Under the pieces are notes generated by a model, which saw only the letters and a program-made list of their open reading frames with translations, was not told where the DNA came from and did no database searches. A DNA stretch of 32,000 nucleotides from Sedimentisphaera cyanobacteriorum (GTDB lineage Bacteria > Planctomycetota > Phycisphaerae > Sedimentisphaerales > Sedimentisphaeraceae), in contig NZ_CP019633.1 of assembly GCF_001997385.1 (NCBI RefSeq), forward strand, positions 1,920,001 to 1,952,000, written 5' to 3'. Shown piece after piece: positions 8,827 to 17,360 of the stretch. The position numbers and the translations under genes are program-made. The first letter of the stretch is position 1. The number at the start of each line of letters is the position of its first letter.

Positions 8827-10449
8827 ATGTTTATACGAGTAAAGACATCAAAAAACAGTCCGAAGCAGTCGGTACAGATTGTAGAGAGTTATCGCAACGA
8901 GAAGAACCAGCCTCGTCAGCGTATAGTTCGTCATCTCGGCACAGCCTTCACAGAAGAAGAGCTTAAGCGGCTCAAGGATTTTGCCGAATTCGAGAAGGCC
9001 AAGCTTGAGGCCGAGAAAACGCCGGCACTTTTCAAGCCTGAGCATCTTGCAGAAGCTGCAATAGATGCCCGCAAAAACATTGATGATAAGCCTTTGCGGG
9101 TCAATCTAAAGAATCTCAGGGAACAGGCACGCATAACTACAGGCATCCATGAGGTATTCGGCAGCATCTACAATGAGCTTGGCTTTAACAATCTTTTCGA
9201 TAGACGCAAAGAGTCTGCAGGCAAAAACCTTCGTCATATCACAATGGCAAGGCTTGCAAACCCAGTGAGCAAACGCAGCAGCGTTCAGGATCTCTCCAAA
9301 GACTTCGGCATTAACCTTTCTTTAGACAGCGTTTACCGTATGATGGATAATATCACAGATGATATTATCAGCAAGGCTCAAAACTGTGCTCACGGTGCTG
9401 CTAAAGGCCTTCTCGGCGAAGAGATAAGTCTTCTTTTCTACGACTGCACCACGCTTTATTTTGAATCATTTACAGAAGATGAGCTCAAAAAGAACGGCTA
9501 CAGCAAGGATATGAAGTTCAATCAGCCGCAGGTTGTCCTTGGTCTTCTGTCCACATCAGAAGGGCTTCCAGTAGGTTATGAGGTATTCCCCGGCAATCAG
9601 TATGAAGGGCATACGCTGCATACTGTAATCCCTAAGATCAAAGAGAAATACAACCTCAAGCGTGTTATCTTCACCGCAGACAGCGCAATGCTTAGCAAGG
9701 CTAATCTTGATTACCTTGAAAAGCAGGGAGTTGAGTATATTGTGGCAGCGAGGCTTAAAAGCCTCACTGATAAATGGAAAGCAAAGGTTACAGAATCCAA
9801 TGCCCCGCTTAGAAGCTTTGATTACGGCAAAGATACAAGGCTTATTGTTACCTACAGCGATAAACTCGCTAAAAAGAATAAGCACGACAGGGATGAAGCT
9901 ATAAGAAAGCTCCAGGAGAAGCTTGAAAAGAGCAGCAACCCCAAATCACTTATAAGCAACTACGGCTACAAGAAGTTTATGCGTGTTACCGGCGATATAG
10001 ATTGCCGGATAGATGAAGAGAAATATGAAGAGGCTGCGAATTTTGATGGTCTTCACGGTGTTATAACGAATGTTAAGGATATGGATGATTCGGCTGTAGT
10101 AGATCATTACAGGCAGCTCTGGCTGATTGAAGAGTGCTTCAGGATAAGCAAGCACGATCTGAAGATACGGCCGATATACCACTGGACGCCGAAACGAATC
10201 AAAGCCCATATACTGATATGCTTTATCGCTCTAACCTGCGCGAGAAATCTGGCCTACAGGGTTCGGCTGAGATTTGAGCCGATGTCTGTGGCGAGGATTG
10301 TAAATGCCCTCAACCACGTGCAGCTGAGCATACTCTGGGATAAGAAAACAGAGTGCAGATATGTCCTGCCATCAAAGATTAACGAGGACGCAAGAAAACT
10401 CTATAAAACAGTTAATCTCAGCACCAATACAACGCCTTACAAAATGTAA
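8827..10449 (+). CDS. IS1634-family transposase
   Basis: 540 aa. The N-terminus MFIRVKTSKNSPKQSVQIVESYRNEKNQPRQRIVRHLG matches the characteristic IS1634-group start. The DDE-type core includes LLFYDCTTLYFES, IFTADSAMLS and YRQLWLIEECFRISKHDLKIRPIYHW. Confidence 0.92.
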   Translation: MFIRVKTSKNSPKQSVQIVESYRNEKNQPRQRIVRHLGTAFTEEELKRLKDFAEFEKAKLEAEKTPALFKPEHLAEAAIDARKNIDDKPLRVNLKNLREQARITTGIHEVFGSIYNELGFNNLFDRRKESAGKNLRHITMARLANPVSKRSSVQDLSKDFGINLSLDSVYRMMDNITDDIISKAQNCAHGAAKGLLGEEISLLFYDCTTLYFESFTEDELKKNGYSKDMKFNQPQVVLGLLSTSEGLPVGYEVFPGNQYEGHTLHTVIPKIKEKYNLKRVIFTADSAMLSKANLDYLEKQGVEYIVAARLKSLTDKWKAKVTESNAPLRSFDYGKDTRLIVTYSDKLAKKNKHDRDEAIRKLQEKLEKSSNPKSLISNYGYKKFMRVTGDIDCRIDEEKYEEAANFDGLHGVITNVKDMDDSAVVDHYRQLWLIEECFRISKHDLKIRPIYHWTPKRIKAHILICFIALTCARNLAYRVRLRFEPMSVARIVNALNHVQLSILWDKKTECRYVLPSKINEDARKLYKTVNLSTNTTPYKM

Positions 10450-10538
10450 TTTCACCCGCCGAAAAACCTTCCGAAATAGGGTTTGTAGTGCCTGCGCAAA
10501 AAATCGAGTCCTTTATTGACATGGACTTATGAAAATTT

Positions 10539-10553
10539 ACCGCCGAAGTCAGG
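10539..10553. repeat. IS right terminal inverted repeat
   Basis: accgccgaagtcagg is the exact reverse complement of 8682-8696. Confidence 0.85.
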
Positions 10554-10634
10554 AAATACGAACAACTGTTTTTTTACTAGTAAATATACAGCTTTATTTG
10601 AACCCTAAAAGATATAATCCTATTTGTCAAGGAT
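10554..10634. repeat. right copy of 81-nt direct repeat (target-site duplication)
   Basis: Identical to 8601..8681 and immediately follows the right inverted repeat. Confidence 0.9.
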
Positions 10635-10770
10635 TCTAATGCAAAAACAGGGCTTAGTGCGATTTTAAGTGGAAATAACTTTTTTAAGCAGATTGTATTA
10701 TGCCCGCTGCACTGGTGTATATTCTCCTTGGTACTTGAGAATTTCAACGCATATTCAGATTATTCAACAA

Positions 10771-12636
10771 CTAATTAGCGTCTCTTTTCCTTGAAGACAG
10801 CAGGATAAGGCTTCGGATGTCTTCAGTTGTTCTTGCTGCAAGGGAGCTCTCGACAAACTTTTTTTGCTGAAGTGTCTGTGCTATAGCCATAAGTGCTCTT
10901 AAGTGGAAGTTTCTCTGGTCTGCCGAGCCGGCGAGGGCGAAGATTATTTTCACAGGCTCATCAGATGAGGGAAACTTAATCCCCTGTTTTGCCCGTATCA
11001 CGCTAACGCAGAATACCTCTCTTCCGTCAACGACAATATGCGGTATCGCAAGGCCGGGTTCTACAATCGTTGCGCTTTGTTTTTCCCGCTGGATGAATTT
11101 TTCATAAAGCTGCGTGCGGTCTGCCCCAACCTTTTCAGCCATGGAGGATGCGATCTGTGAGAAGAGCGTCTCCGGCGGCGGGCTGTCCGGGATATCGATA
11201 ATTTCACAATTTCGTATAAGGCGGTCGAATCTGTCCTCCACGATGTTGTCTCTTTCGAGCAGGATTTCCCTCAGTTCGTTTTCCAGCGTCGAGGTTTTCA
11301 GCTGTTTGTCGCTAACGCGTTCTACAATCCGCATAACAGCCGAGTAAGACTGAACGCGGTGTCTGGTGAAAAGCAGATACCACAGTATGCTGAGCAGGAA
11401 AAAGCCTGCCGAAATCGCAAGAGGCACAAAGCCCATATCTATAATGAGCAGGCAGTACAGTATGATGGCGATTATGTTCAGGTATGGATAAAGAGGCGTT
11501 CGAAACTCCGGCCTGTAAGACTGTATCCTGCTTTCCCGCATAATTATAACGCTCGCATTATCGAGGATGAACAATACAATCATCAGTGTGGAGGCGGTTT
11601 TTACGAGTATTTCTATTTCGAGAGTCGCTATTGCAGCAATCATAATCAGAGAAGTAATAATAATGCTCACATAAGGGGTTTGAGTTTTCCCTACACGGCC
11701 GAGCACAGCGGGAAGGAGTTTGTCGCGGCTCATAGCAAGCGGTGCGCGTGAAGCGGCAAGCAGGCCGCCGTTTGCGGTGGTGATGTATGCGGTGAGTGCG
11801 GCAATGCTCAGCAGAATGAAGCCCGGGTTAGACATAAATGCCTTTGCAGCCAGGGCTATAGGTGCATAGCTTGATTTTAGCTCTTCGGGCTCGAGAACGC
11901 CGATGGTAACGATGATTGTGAGCAAGTAAAACAGGCTTACGATAAGCCAAGCGAGTATCATCCCAAGTGTAAGGTTGCGGGCAGGGTTTCGAACCTCCTC
12001 AGCGATGTTTGCAACTTTTGTGAGCCCGCCGAAGCTGATGAAAACAAGGCCCGCGGTTGCGAATACGCTTGACCATTTGTGGGGCATAAAGTTCTCGAAA
12101 CGTGAGACCTTAACGGAGTTGAATCCGACGGTGATGTATAATGTCAGGGTAATAAGCAGCCCCGCTACAAGGACAATCTGGAAGCGGGTGGTGGATTTTA
12201 CGCTGATTATATTCAGGAAAGTGAAGAATAAGCAGCACCCGGCGCCTGCGATTTTCATCTGAAGCGGGGTTAGCTGGAGATCGATCATCGAAGCAGCAAC
12301 CTCAACAAGGGCGATTATGCCGATAATTGCGAAGGCGCTTTTAAGAGCGAGCGAGAACCAGTTTGCTAATCCTGTGAATATCCCCCAGAGCGAGCCGAGA
12401 CTGCGCTGAACATAGAAGTATGTCCCGCCGGAGCGGGGCATTGCGGTTGCAAGCTCAACTTTGCTCAGCAGACCCGGGACAATCAGAAGCGAGGCAAAAA
12501 TGTATGATAAAACCGCAGCAGGGCCTGCCTGCGAGTAGGCAATGGCAGGCAGAACAAACAAACCCGAGCTGATCATAGCGCCAGAGGACAGGCAAAATAC
12601 ATCCAGCATCGAGAGGCTTCTTTCTAACTTTGGCAT
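10771..12636 (-). CDS. APC-superfamily amino acid permease fused to a C-terminal PTS EIIA type-2 (PtsN-like) domain
   Basis: 621 aa. The first ~430 aa are a multi-helix permease (GAMISSGLFVLP, GGTYFYV). The C-terminal ~150 aa carry the EIIA-2 signature with active-site context GLAIPHIVVDG and IIFALAGSADQRNFHLRALMAIA. AGGAA precedes the ATG. Confidence 0.9.
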   Translation of the reverse strand: MPKLERSLSMLDVFCLSSGAMISSGLFVLPAIAYSQAGPAAVLSYIFASLLIVPGLLSKVELATAMPRSGGTYFYVQRSLGSLWGIFTGLANWFSLALKSAFAIIGIIALVEVAASMIDLQLTPLQMKIAGAGCCLFFTFLNIISVKSTTRFQIVLVAGLLITLTLYITVGFNSVKVSRFENFMPHKWSSVFATAGLVFISFGGLTKVANIAEEVRNPARNLTLGMILAWLIVSLFYLLTIIVTIGVLEPEELKSSYAPIALAAKAFMSNPGFILLSIAALTAYITTANGGLLAASRAPLAMSRDKLLPAVLGRVGKTQTPYVSIIITSLIMIAAIATLEIEILVKTASTLMIVLFILDNASVIIMRESRIQSYRPEFRTPLYPYLNIIAIILYCLLIIDMGFVPLAISAGFFLLSILWYLLFTRHRVQSYSAVMRIVERVSDKQLKTSTLENELREILLERDNIVEDRFDRLIRNCEIIDIPDSPPPETLFSQIASSMAEKVGADRTQLYEKFIQREKQSATIVEPGLAIPHIVVDGREVFCVSVIRAKQGIKFPSSDEPVKIIFALAGSADQRNFHLRALMAIAQTLQQKKFVESSLAARTTEDIRSLILLSSRKRDAN

Positions 12637-13009
12637 TGTAATTCCTGTTTCTAAAGCCGGTTCTTAACAAAAATTGTATTTCGCTTTTTCAAAAAACAAA
12701 GCAAAATACAGACCTGCCACAAATAAAGTGTCGAGCAGTCTTGAATTTTGGTTTTGTTATTATACATAAAAATCGCCAAGATTGGAATATTTCCTGTAAA
12801 TTTTTGGTACAGCCTATAAAGTAACATTAGGTATAACAATTATAAATACTATACTGAAAATGATCTTTTGCTTTTGGTTTTTTATTCTTTACTTTTCCCA
12901 GCATTTCAAATATAAAACTGTTCAAGGATTTTCGTTTCCGTAATGAAAATTCTGCACGATGATATAGAGATGGTTATGTTATTATTCAGATTAAGAGGGT
13001 TAAATTATT

Positions 13010-14785
13010 ATGAAGCGCTCACTTCTCATTACACTCCTTTCAGCTTCTTTTGCGTTCGGAGCCGATTTACTCACCAACGTTGACAACAGAAGCTCAGAAA
13101 GCCTGAACGGGTCTTGGAGAATGATTATCGATCCCTTTGAAAGCGGCTTCTACGACTACCGCTACAACGAATCCCGCTGGGGGTATTTCCGAGATGCCGA
13201 GCCGAGGGACAAATCCGATCTGGTTGAGTACAGCTTCGACAGGGCCGAGCTTATCAGCGTCCCCGGCGATTGGAACAGTCAGCAGGAAAAGCTCTTGTTC
13301 TACGAAGGCACCGTATGGTACAGGAAAACCTTTGACTACCAGCTCGATGAAGGCAAGCGTCTCTTCGTTTACTTCGGAGCGGCCAACTACGAAACGATAG
13401 TTTATCTCAACGACAAAAAGCTCGGCAGGCATGAAGGCGGCTTCACCCCCTTCTGCTTCGAGATAACCGAGCACGTAAAACCGAAAGACAACAGCCTCGT
13501 AGTGAAGGTGGACAACAAACGCGTTGAAACAGCCGTGCCTACGGTAATGTCCGATTGGTGGAACTACGGCGGGCTCACCCGCAGAGTGATGCTGATCGAA
13601 GAAAACGAAACCTTCATTCAGGATTCGTTCATTCAGCTCAAGCAGGGAAGCCGAAGCAAAATTGAAGGCTGGGTGCAGCTTGAGGGCAGCGAAAAGAAGC
13701 AGCAGCAAATCGAGCTGAAAATCCCTGAAGAGGGCATCAGCAAAACCTTCCTCACTGATGAAAACGGGCGGGCTGAAATCAGCCTCAATGCATACCTTCA
13801 GCGCTGGAGCCCTCAGAACCCGAAGCTGTATAATGTTATTATTGAAGCTCCCGGCAGCAGACTCGAAAACCAGATCGGCTTTCGTTCAATCGAAACAAAG
13901 GGTGATGAAATCCTGCTCAACGGCAGCCCCGTTTACCTCAGGGGAATCTGCATACATGAAGAGGCTCCCCTTCGCGAGGGAAGGGCATTTGCCAAAAAGG
14001 ATGCTGAGGTTTTGCTGGAATGGGCAAAACAGCTCAACTGCAATTTCGTCCGCCTCGCTCATTACCCGCACAACGAATATATGACAAGGCTCGCAGACAA
14101 GATGGGGATTATGGTTTGGTCTGAGATACCGCTTTACTGGACGATCTCCTGGGAAAACGAGAAGGTATATGAAAATGCCCTGTCTCAGCTCGATGAGATG
14201 ATAACGCGCGATAAGAACAAGGCTTCTGTTATTATGTGGTCTGTGGCGAATGAAACGCCCATAAGCAGCGAGCGTACGGAATTTCTCGCAAGCCTTACGG
14301 AAGAGGCGAGAAAGCTCGATTCCACACGCCTTATCACAGCAGCCCTCGAAAAGCATACCAGAGGCAGCGTTATGCACGTTGACGACCCGCTCGGGGAGTA
14401 TCTCGATGTGCTTGGGTGCAACGAGTATGAGGGGTGGTATTCCGGAAACAGCGGCTTCAGCCGCACGTGGGAAACGCCTTACGAAAAGCCGCTGGTGATG
14501 AGCGAATTCGGAGGCGGCGCCCTGCAGGGCTTCCACGCAGACAAGAGAACCCGCTGGAGCGAGCAGTTCCAGGCAAACCTCTACAAGATGCAGTTCGAGA
14601 TGCTGGATAAAATCGACTTCCTCCGCGGAACAACCCCTTGGATACTCCAAGACTTCCGCTCGCCGAGAAGGCCGCTTGCTGATATTCAGGATTTCTACAA
14701 TCGCAAGGGGCTTATTTCAGAAAGAGGCGAAAAGAAAAAGGCCTTCTTCCTGCTACAAGACTGGTATGAACAGAAGATGAAGTAA
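13010..14785 (+). CDS. glycoside hydrolase family 2, beta-glucuronidase-like
   Basis: 591 aa with a signal peptide. GH2 sugar-binding N-domain (WYRKTF). TIM barrel with acid/base WSVANE and nucleophile MSEFGGG. The C-terminal YNRKGLISERGEKKKAFF contains an N-x-K motif. Confidence 0.9.
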   Translation: MKRSLLITLLSASFAFGADLLTNVDNRSSESLNGSWRMIIDPFESGFYDYRYNESRWGYFRDAEPRDKSDLVEYSFDRAELISVPGDWNSQQEKLLFYEGTVWYRKTFDYQLDEGKRLFVYFGAANYETIVYLNDKKLGRHEGGFTPFCFEITEHVKPKDNSLVVKVDNKRVETAVPTVMSDWWNYGGLTRRVMLIEENETFIQDSFIQLKQGSRSKIEGWVQLEGSEKKQQQIELKIPEEGISKTFLTDENGRAEISLNAYLQRWSPQNPKLYNVIIEAPGSRLENQIGFRSIETKGDEILLNGSPVYLRGICIHEEAPLREGRAFAKKDAEVLLEWAKQLNCNFVRLAHYPHNEYMTRLADKMGIMVWSEIPLYWTISWENEKVYENALSQLDEMITRDKNKASVIMWSVANETPISSERTEFLASLTEEARKLDSTRLITAALEKHTRGSVMHVDDPLGEYLDVLGCNEYEGWYSGNSGFSRTWETPYEKPLVMSEFGGGALQGFHADKRTRWSEQFQANLYKMQFEMLDKIDFLRGTTPWILQDFRSPRRPLADIQDFYNRKGLISERGEKKKAFFLLQDWYEQKMK

Positions 14786-14808
14786 AACTTTTTCCTGAGG
14801 GCGAATAA

Positions 14809-15420
14809 ATGAAAACATTGAAAAGAAGGCTAATTATTTGTTCTCTCTGCATTGCCTCAGCGGTTCTGCTTGCCTCTTGCGCAGGCCAGCCTCAGAGGCT
14901 CGCTGAGGCAGACTACACAAACAGATATCTGCCGATTCCGATAGAATCTGCCCCGAAGGCAAATGCCCGGCAGCTCACAGCATTTTTCCTTGCCTCAAAC
15001 CCAGCAGCTAACAGAGAGAGGGTTAGCCGGCTTGCGCAGATTTATATCGAAGAGGCCGCGGAGGAGGGGATAAACAGCGACATTGCGTTCTGTCAGATGG
15101 TGCACGAAACTAATTACCTGCGCTTCGGGGCAGATGTGCGTGAGGAGCAGAACAACTTCTGCGGCCTCGGGGCTACCGGCGGCGGCGAACCCGGCCATTC
15201 CTTCCAAACGCCGCGATTAGGAGCGAGGGCGCATATCCAGCACCTCAAGGCCTATGCCAATTCTCGCCCCCTGAGAAAGACGCGAATAGACCCGCGGTTT
15301 GAGCTTGTTGACAGGGGAAGCTCGCCGCACATCGCCGGCCTCACAGGAACATGGGCAACCGACCCGCAGTACGACAGAAAACTTAGAAGAAAGCTCAGAG
15401 ACCTCGAGAGCTTTTTATAA
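14809..15420 (+). CDS. glucosaminidase-domain (GH73-like, FlgJ/autolysin type) lipoprotein
   Basis: Lipobox LLASCAG. The core FCQMVHETNYLRFGADVREEQNNFCGLGATGGG resembles the mannosyl-glycoprotein endo-beta-N-acetylglucosaminidase domain. It starts 23 nt after the GH2 stop, with GAGGG upstream. Confidence 0.7.
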   Translation: MKTLKRRLIICSLCIASAVLLASCAGQPQRLAEADYTNRYLPIPIESAPKANARQLTAFFLASNPAANRERVSRLAQIYIEEAAEEGINSDIAFCQMVHETNYLRFGADVREEQNNFCGLGATGGGEPGHSFQTPRLGARAHIQHLKAYANSRPLRKTRIDPRFELVDRGSSPHIAGLTGTWATDPQYDRKLRRKLRDLESFL

Positions 15421-15498
15421 ATATTATCTGATTTATAATAAGGGCGAAGATTTATGGATTTTGTGCTCCCTGCACGCTTTTTTGTTTAGAGGTTAAGA

Positions 15499-17196
15499 AT
15501 GCTGTTTATATCGTTATTCAGAGAATCACTTAATTTTCTTTTCTGTGCTGATTCAGGCTTACCAGTTGATAAATCAAGGTTTGCAGCTTTCCTGCTGTGT
15601 TCAGGCCTTCTTATCTTTCCGCTTGCCGGGAAGGCTGAATCTGATTTGAATATTATCCCCAAGCCATACAAAACAGCTGTGAACGAAGGGGAGTTTGCCC
15701 TGAACCCAGATACAAATATCTACACAGAAAAGCAAACTGAGAAGCTTGCAAGACTTTTTGCCAAAGAGCTTACCGGCAGCCCCTCAGCCGCCGAAAATCT
15801 CAGGATAAGTTCGCGGAAAGAAGGCGTGTTTGTTGATTTGAATCCAGCCTTCGGGCATCTTACGAAAGAGGGATACCATTTGAGCATAACGCCTGAGAAG
15901 CTGGCGTTAGAGTCTGCGGGGAAGGCGGGGATTTTCTACGGCCTTCAGACCCTCGTTCAAATAGCTGAGCCCCAAAAAGACGGCACCGGCTTTGTTTTTC
16001 CGTGCGCAGAGATTTCGGATAAGCCCAGATTCAAATGGCGCGGGATGCACCTCGATGTATGCAGACACTTTATGCCTGTGGAATTCGTTAAGAAGTATAT
16101 AGACCTTCTCGCCCTTCACAAAATGAACCGCTTCCACTGGCACCTTACAGAAGATCAGGGCTGGCGTATTGAGATAAAAAAATACCCAAGGCTCACTGAA
16201 ATCGGCTCAAAGCGAAAAGAGACCGTTATCGGGCGGAACACCGATAAATACGACGGCAAGCCGCATGGAGGATTCTACCCCCAGAAGGAGATTAGGGAGG
16301 TGGTGGAGTATGCTGCGGAAAGGTTTGTAACGGTAGTCCCGGAGATTGAGATGCCCGGCCACAGCGTTGCCGCACTTGCGGCATATCCGGAATACTCCTG
16401 CGCCGGAGGCCCTTTTCAGGTGCGCACACGATGGGGCGTTTCAAAAGATGTTTACTGTGTGGGCAAGGATAAGACAATCCGCTTTCTGAAGGATGTGCTC
16501 AGGGAAGTGATTGAGCTTTTCCCCGGCGAATACGTCCATATAGGCGGGGATGAATGCCCGAAAGACAGGTGGAAAAACTGCAAAGACTGCCAGAGAAAAA
16601 TCAAGCAGAAAGGCCTTGAAAATGAGAAGCAGCTTCAGGGCTGGTTTATAAGCCATATCAACGAATTCCTCAAGCAAAACGGCAGAAAACTTGTGGGCTG
16701 GGACGAGATCCTTGAAGGCGGGCTCACCAAAGATGCAGCAGTTATGTTCTGGCGTTCATGGCTGGGTGATGAGGTGGTTATTGATGCGGCAAAGGCGGGA
16801 AATGATCTTATTATGGCGCCGACAAGCCATACGTATTTCGATTATTATCAGGGGCCGCGTAAATCTGAGCCGCTCGCTATCGGAGGGTTTATCCCGCTGA
16901 AGAAGGTGTATTCATTTGATCCCGTTCCGGCGAATATGCCAGAAAATCTAACACACCATATCCTCGGAGCTCAGGCTCAGCTCTGGACTGAATACATCAA
17001 AACGCCGAAGCAGGCAGAATATATGGCCTATCCGAGAGGCTGCGCACTGGCAGAGGTTTGCTGGACAGCCCCCTCAAACAAAGACTTCAAGGGCTTTATA
17101 AACAGGCTGAAAACCCATCTAAAACGCCTCGATCAGATGAGCGTAAACTACAGGAAACTTGATGAGAAACTATTAAGCATTGAAAAAGAAAACTAA
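15499..17196 (+). CDS. beta-N-acetylhexosaminidase, GH20
   Basis: 565 aa. GH20 hallmarks are RGMHLDVCRHF, NRFHWHLTEDQGWRIEIKKYPRLTE and HIGGDECP. GAGGT lies upstream of the ATG. Confidence 0.9.
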   Translation: MLFISLFRESLNFLFCADSGLPVDKSRFAAFLLCSGLLIFPLAGKAESDLNIIPKPYKTAVNEGEFALNPDTNIYTEKQTEKLARLFAKELTGSPSAAENLRISSRKEGVFVDLNPAFGHLTKEGYHLSITPEKLALESAGKAGIFYGLQTLVQIAEPQKDGTGFVFPCAEISDKPRFKWRGMHLDVCRHFMPVEFVKKYIDLLALHKMNRFHWHLTEDQGWRIEIKKYPRLTEIGSKRKETVIGRNTDKYDGKPHGGFYPQKEIREVVEYAAERFVTVVPEIEMPGHSVAALAAYPEYSCAGGPFQVRTRWGVSKDVYCVGKDKTIRFLKDVLREVIELFPGEYVHIGGDECPKDRWKNCKDCQRKIKQKGLENEKQLQGWFISHINEFLKQNGRKLVGWDEILEGGLTKDAAVMFWRSWLGDEVVIDAAKAGNDLIMAPTSHTYFDYYQGPRKSEPLAIGGFIPLKKVYSFDPVPANMPENLTHHILGAQAQLWTEYIKTPKQAEYMAYPRGCALAEVCWTAPSNKDFKGFINRLKTHLKRLDQMSVNYRKLDEKLLSIEKEN

Positions 17197-17226
17197 TATA
17201 AAGACACTAATAAACATAAAAACTTG

Positions 17227-17254
17227 TTGACATACAAAAAGTATAATATATAAA
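17227..17254 (+). promoter_or_regulatory. candidate promoter ahead of the AT-rich islet
   Basis: TTGACA (17227-17232), a 16-nt spacer, then TATAAA (17249-17254). The background is AT-rich, so chance matches are likely. Confidence 0.3.
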
Positions 17255-17360
17255 CTAATTTGAATATAACGATTTTTGAAGGCAGGATTGACGTAAGCAG
17301 CCGGTGGAGATACTTCCTATAAATAATTTCAATTAAAAACCTTAAAAAGTTGAAATTTCA

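Larger units (their letters stand above)
8682..10553 (+). mobile_element. IS1634-family (IS4 superfamily) insertion sequence, about 1.87 kb
   Basis: Perfect 15-bp terminal inverted repeats cctgacttcggcggt (8682-8696) / accgccgaagtcagg (10539-10553). It carries a single 540-aa DDE transposase ORF and is flanked by an identical 81-nt direct repeat. The boundary is ambiguous by 1 nt. Confidence 0.9.

Noticed and set aside
8769-10494. The 9-nt motif gtagtgcct is present near both IS ends (8769-8777 and 10486-10494).
   Set aside because: The two copies are in the same orientation rather than inverted, and they are only 9 nt long. They could be subterminal transposase-binding sites, but a chance match cannot be excluded by eye.
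10516-10553. An outward-facing TTGACA inside the IS right end, considered as a possible hybrid-promoter element.
   Set aside because: There is no suitably spaced -10 element. Outward transcription would run antisense into the 3' end of the permease gene.
12928-12950. An imperfect inverted repeat, ATTTTC-N11-GAAAAT, upstream of the GH2 gene, considered as a possible operator.
   Set aside because: It has 6-bp AT-rich arms in a very AT-rich intergenic region, so it is easily a chance occurrence. No regulator gene is adjacent.
13094-14650. Two long antisense ORFs inside the GH2 gene (13094..13708, 204 aa; 13886..14650, 254 aa).
   Set aside because: They lie opposite a gene with full-length family motifs. 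Their translations are low-complexity (Ala/Val/Glu/Phe-rich) with no recognisable motifs or SD. Open antisense frames are expected from the codon bias of the sense gene.
15463-15485. A possible terminator, gtgc-tccct-gcac followed by Ts, after the glucosaminidase gene.
   Set aside because: It has only a 4-bp stem. This is too weak to call, and the GH20 gene may be co-transcribed.
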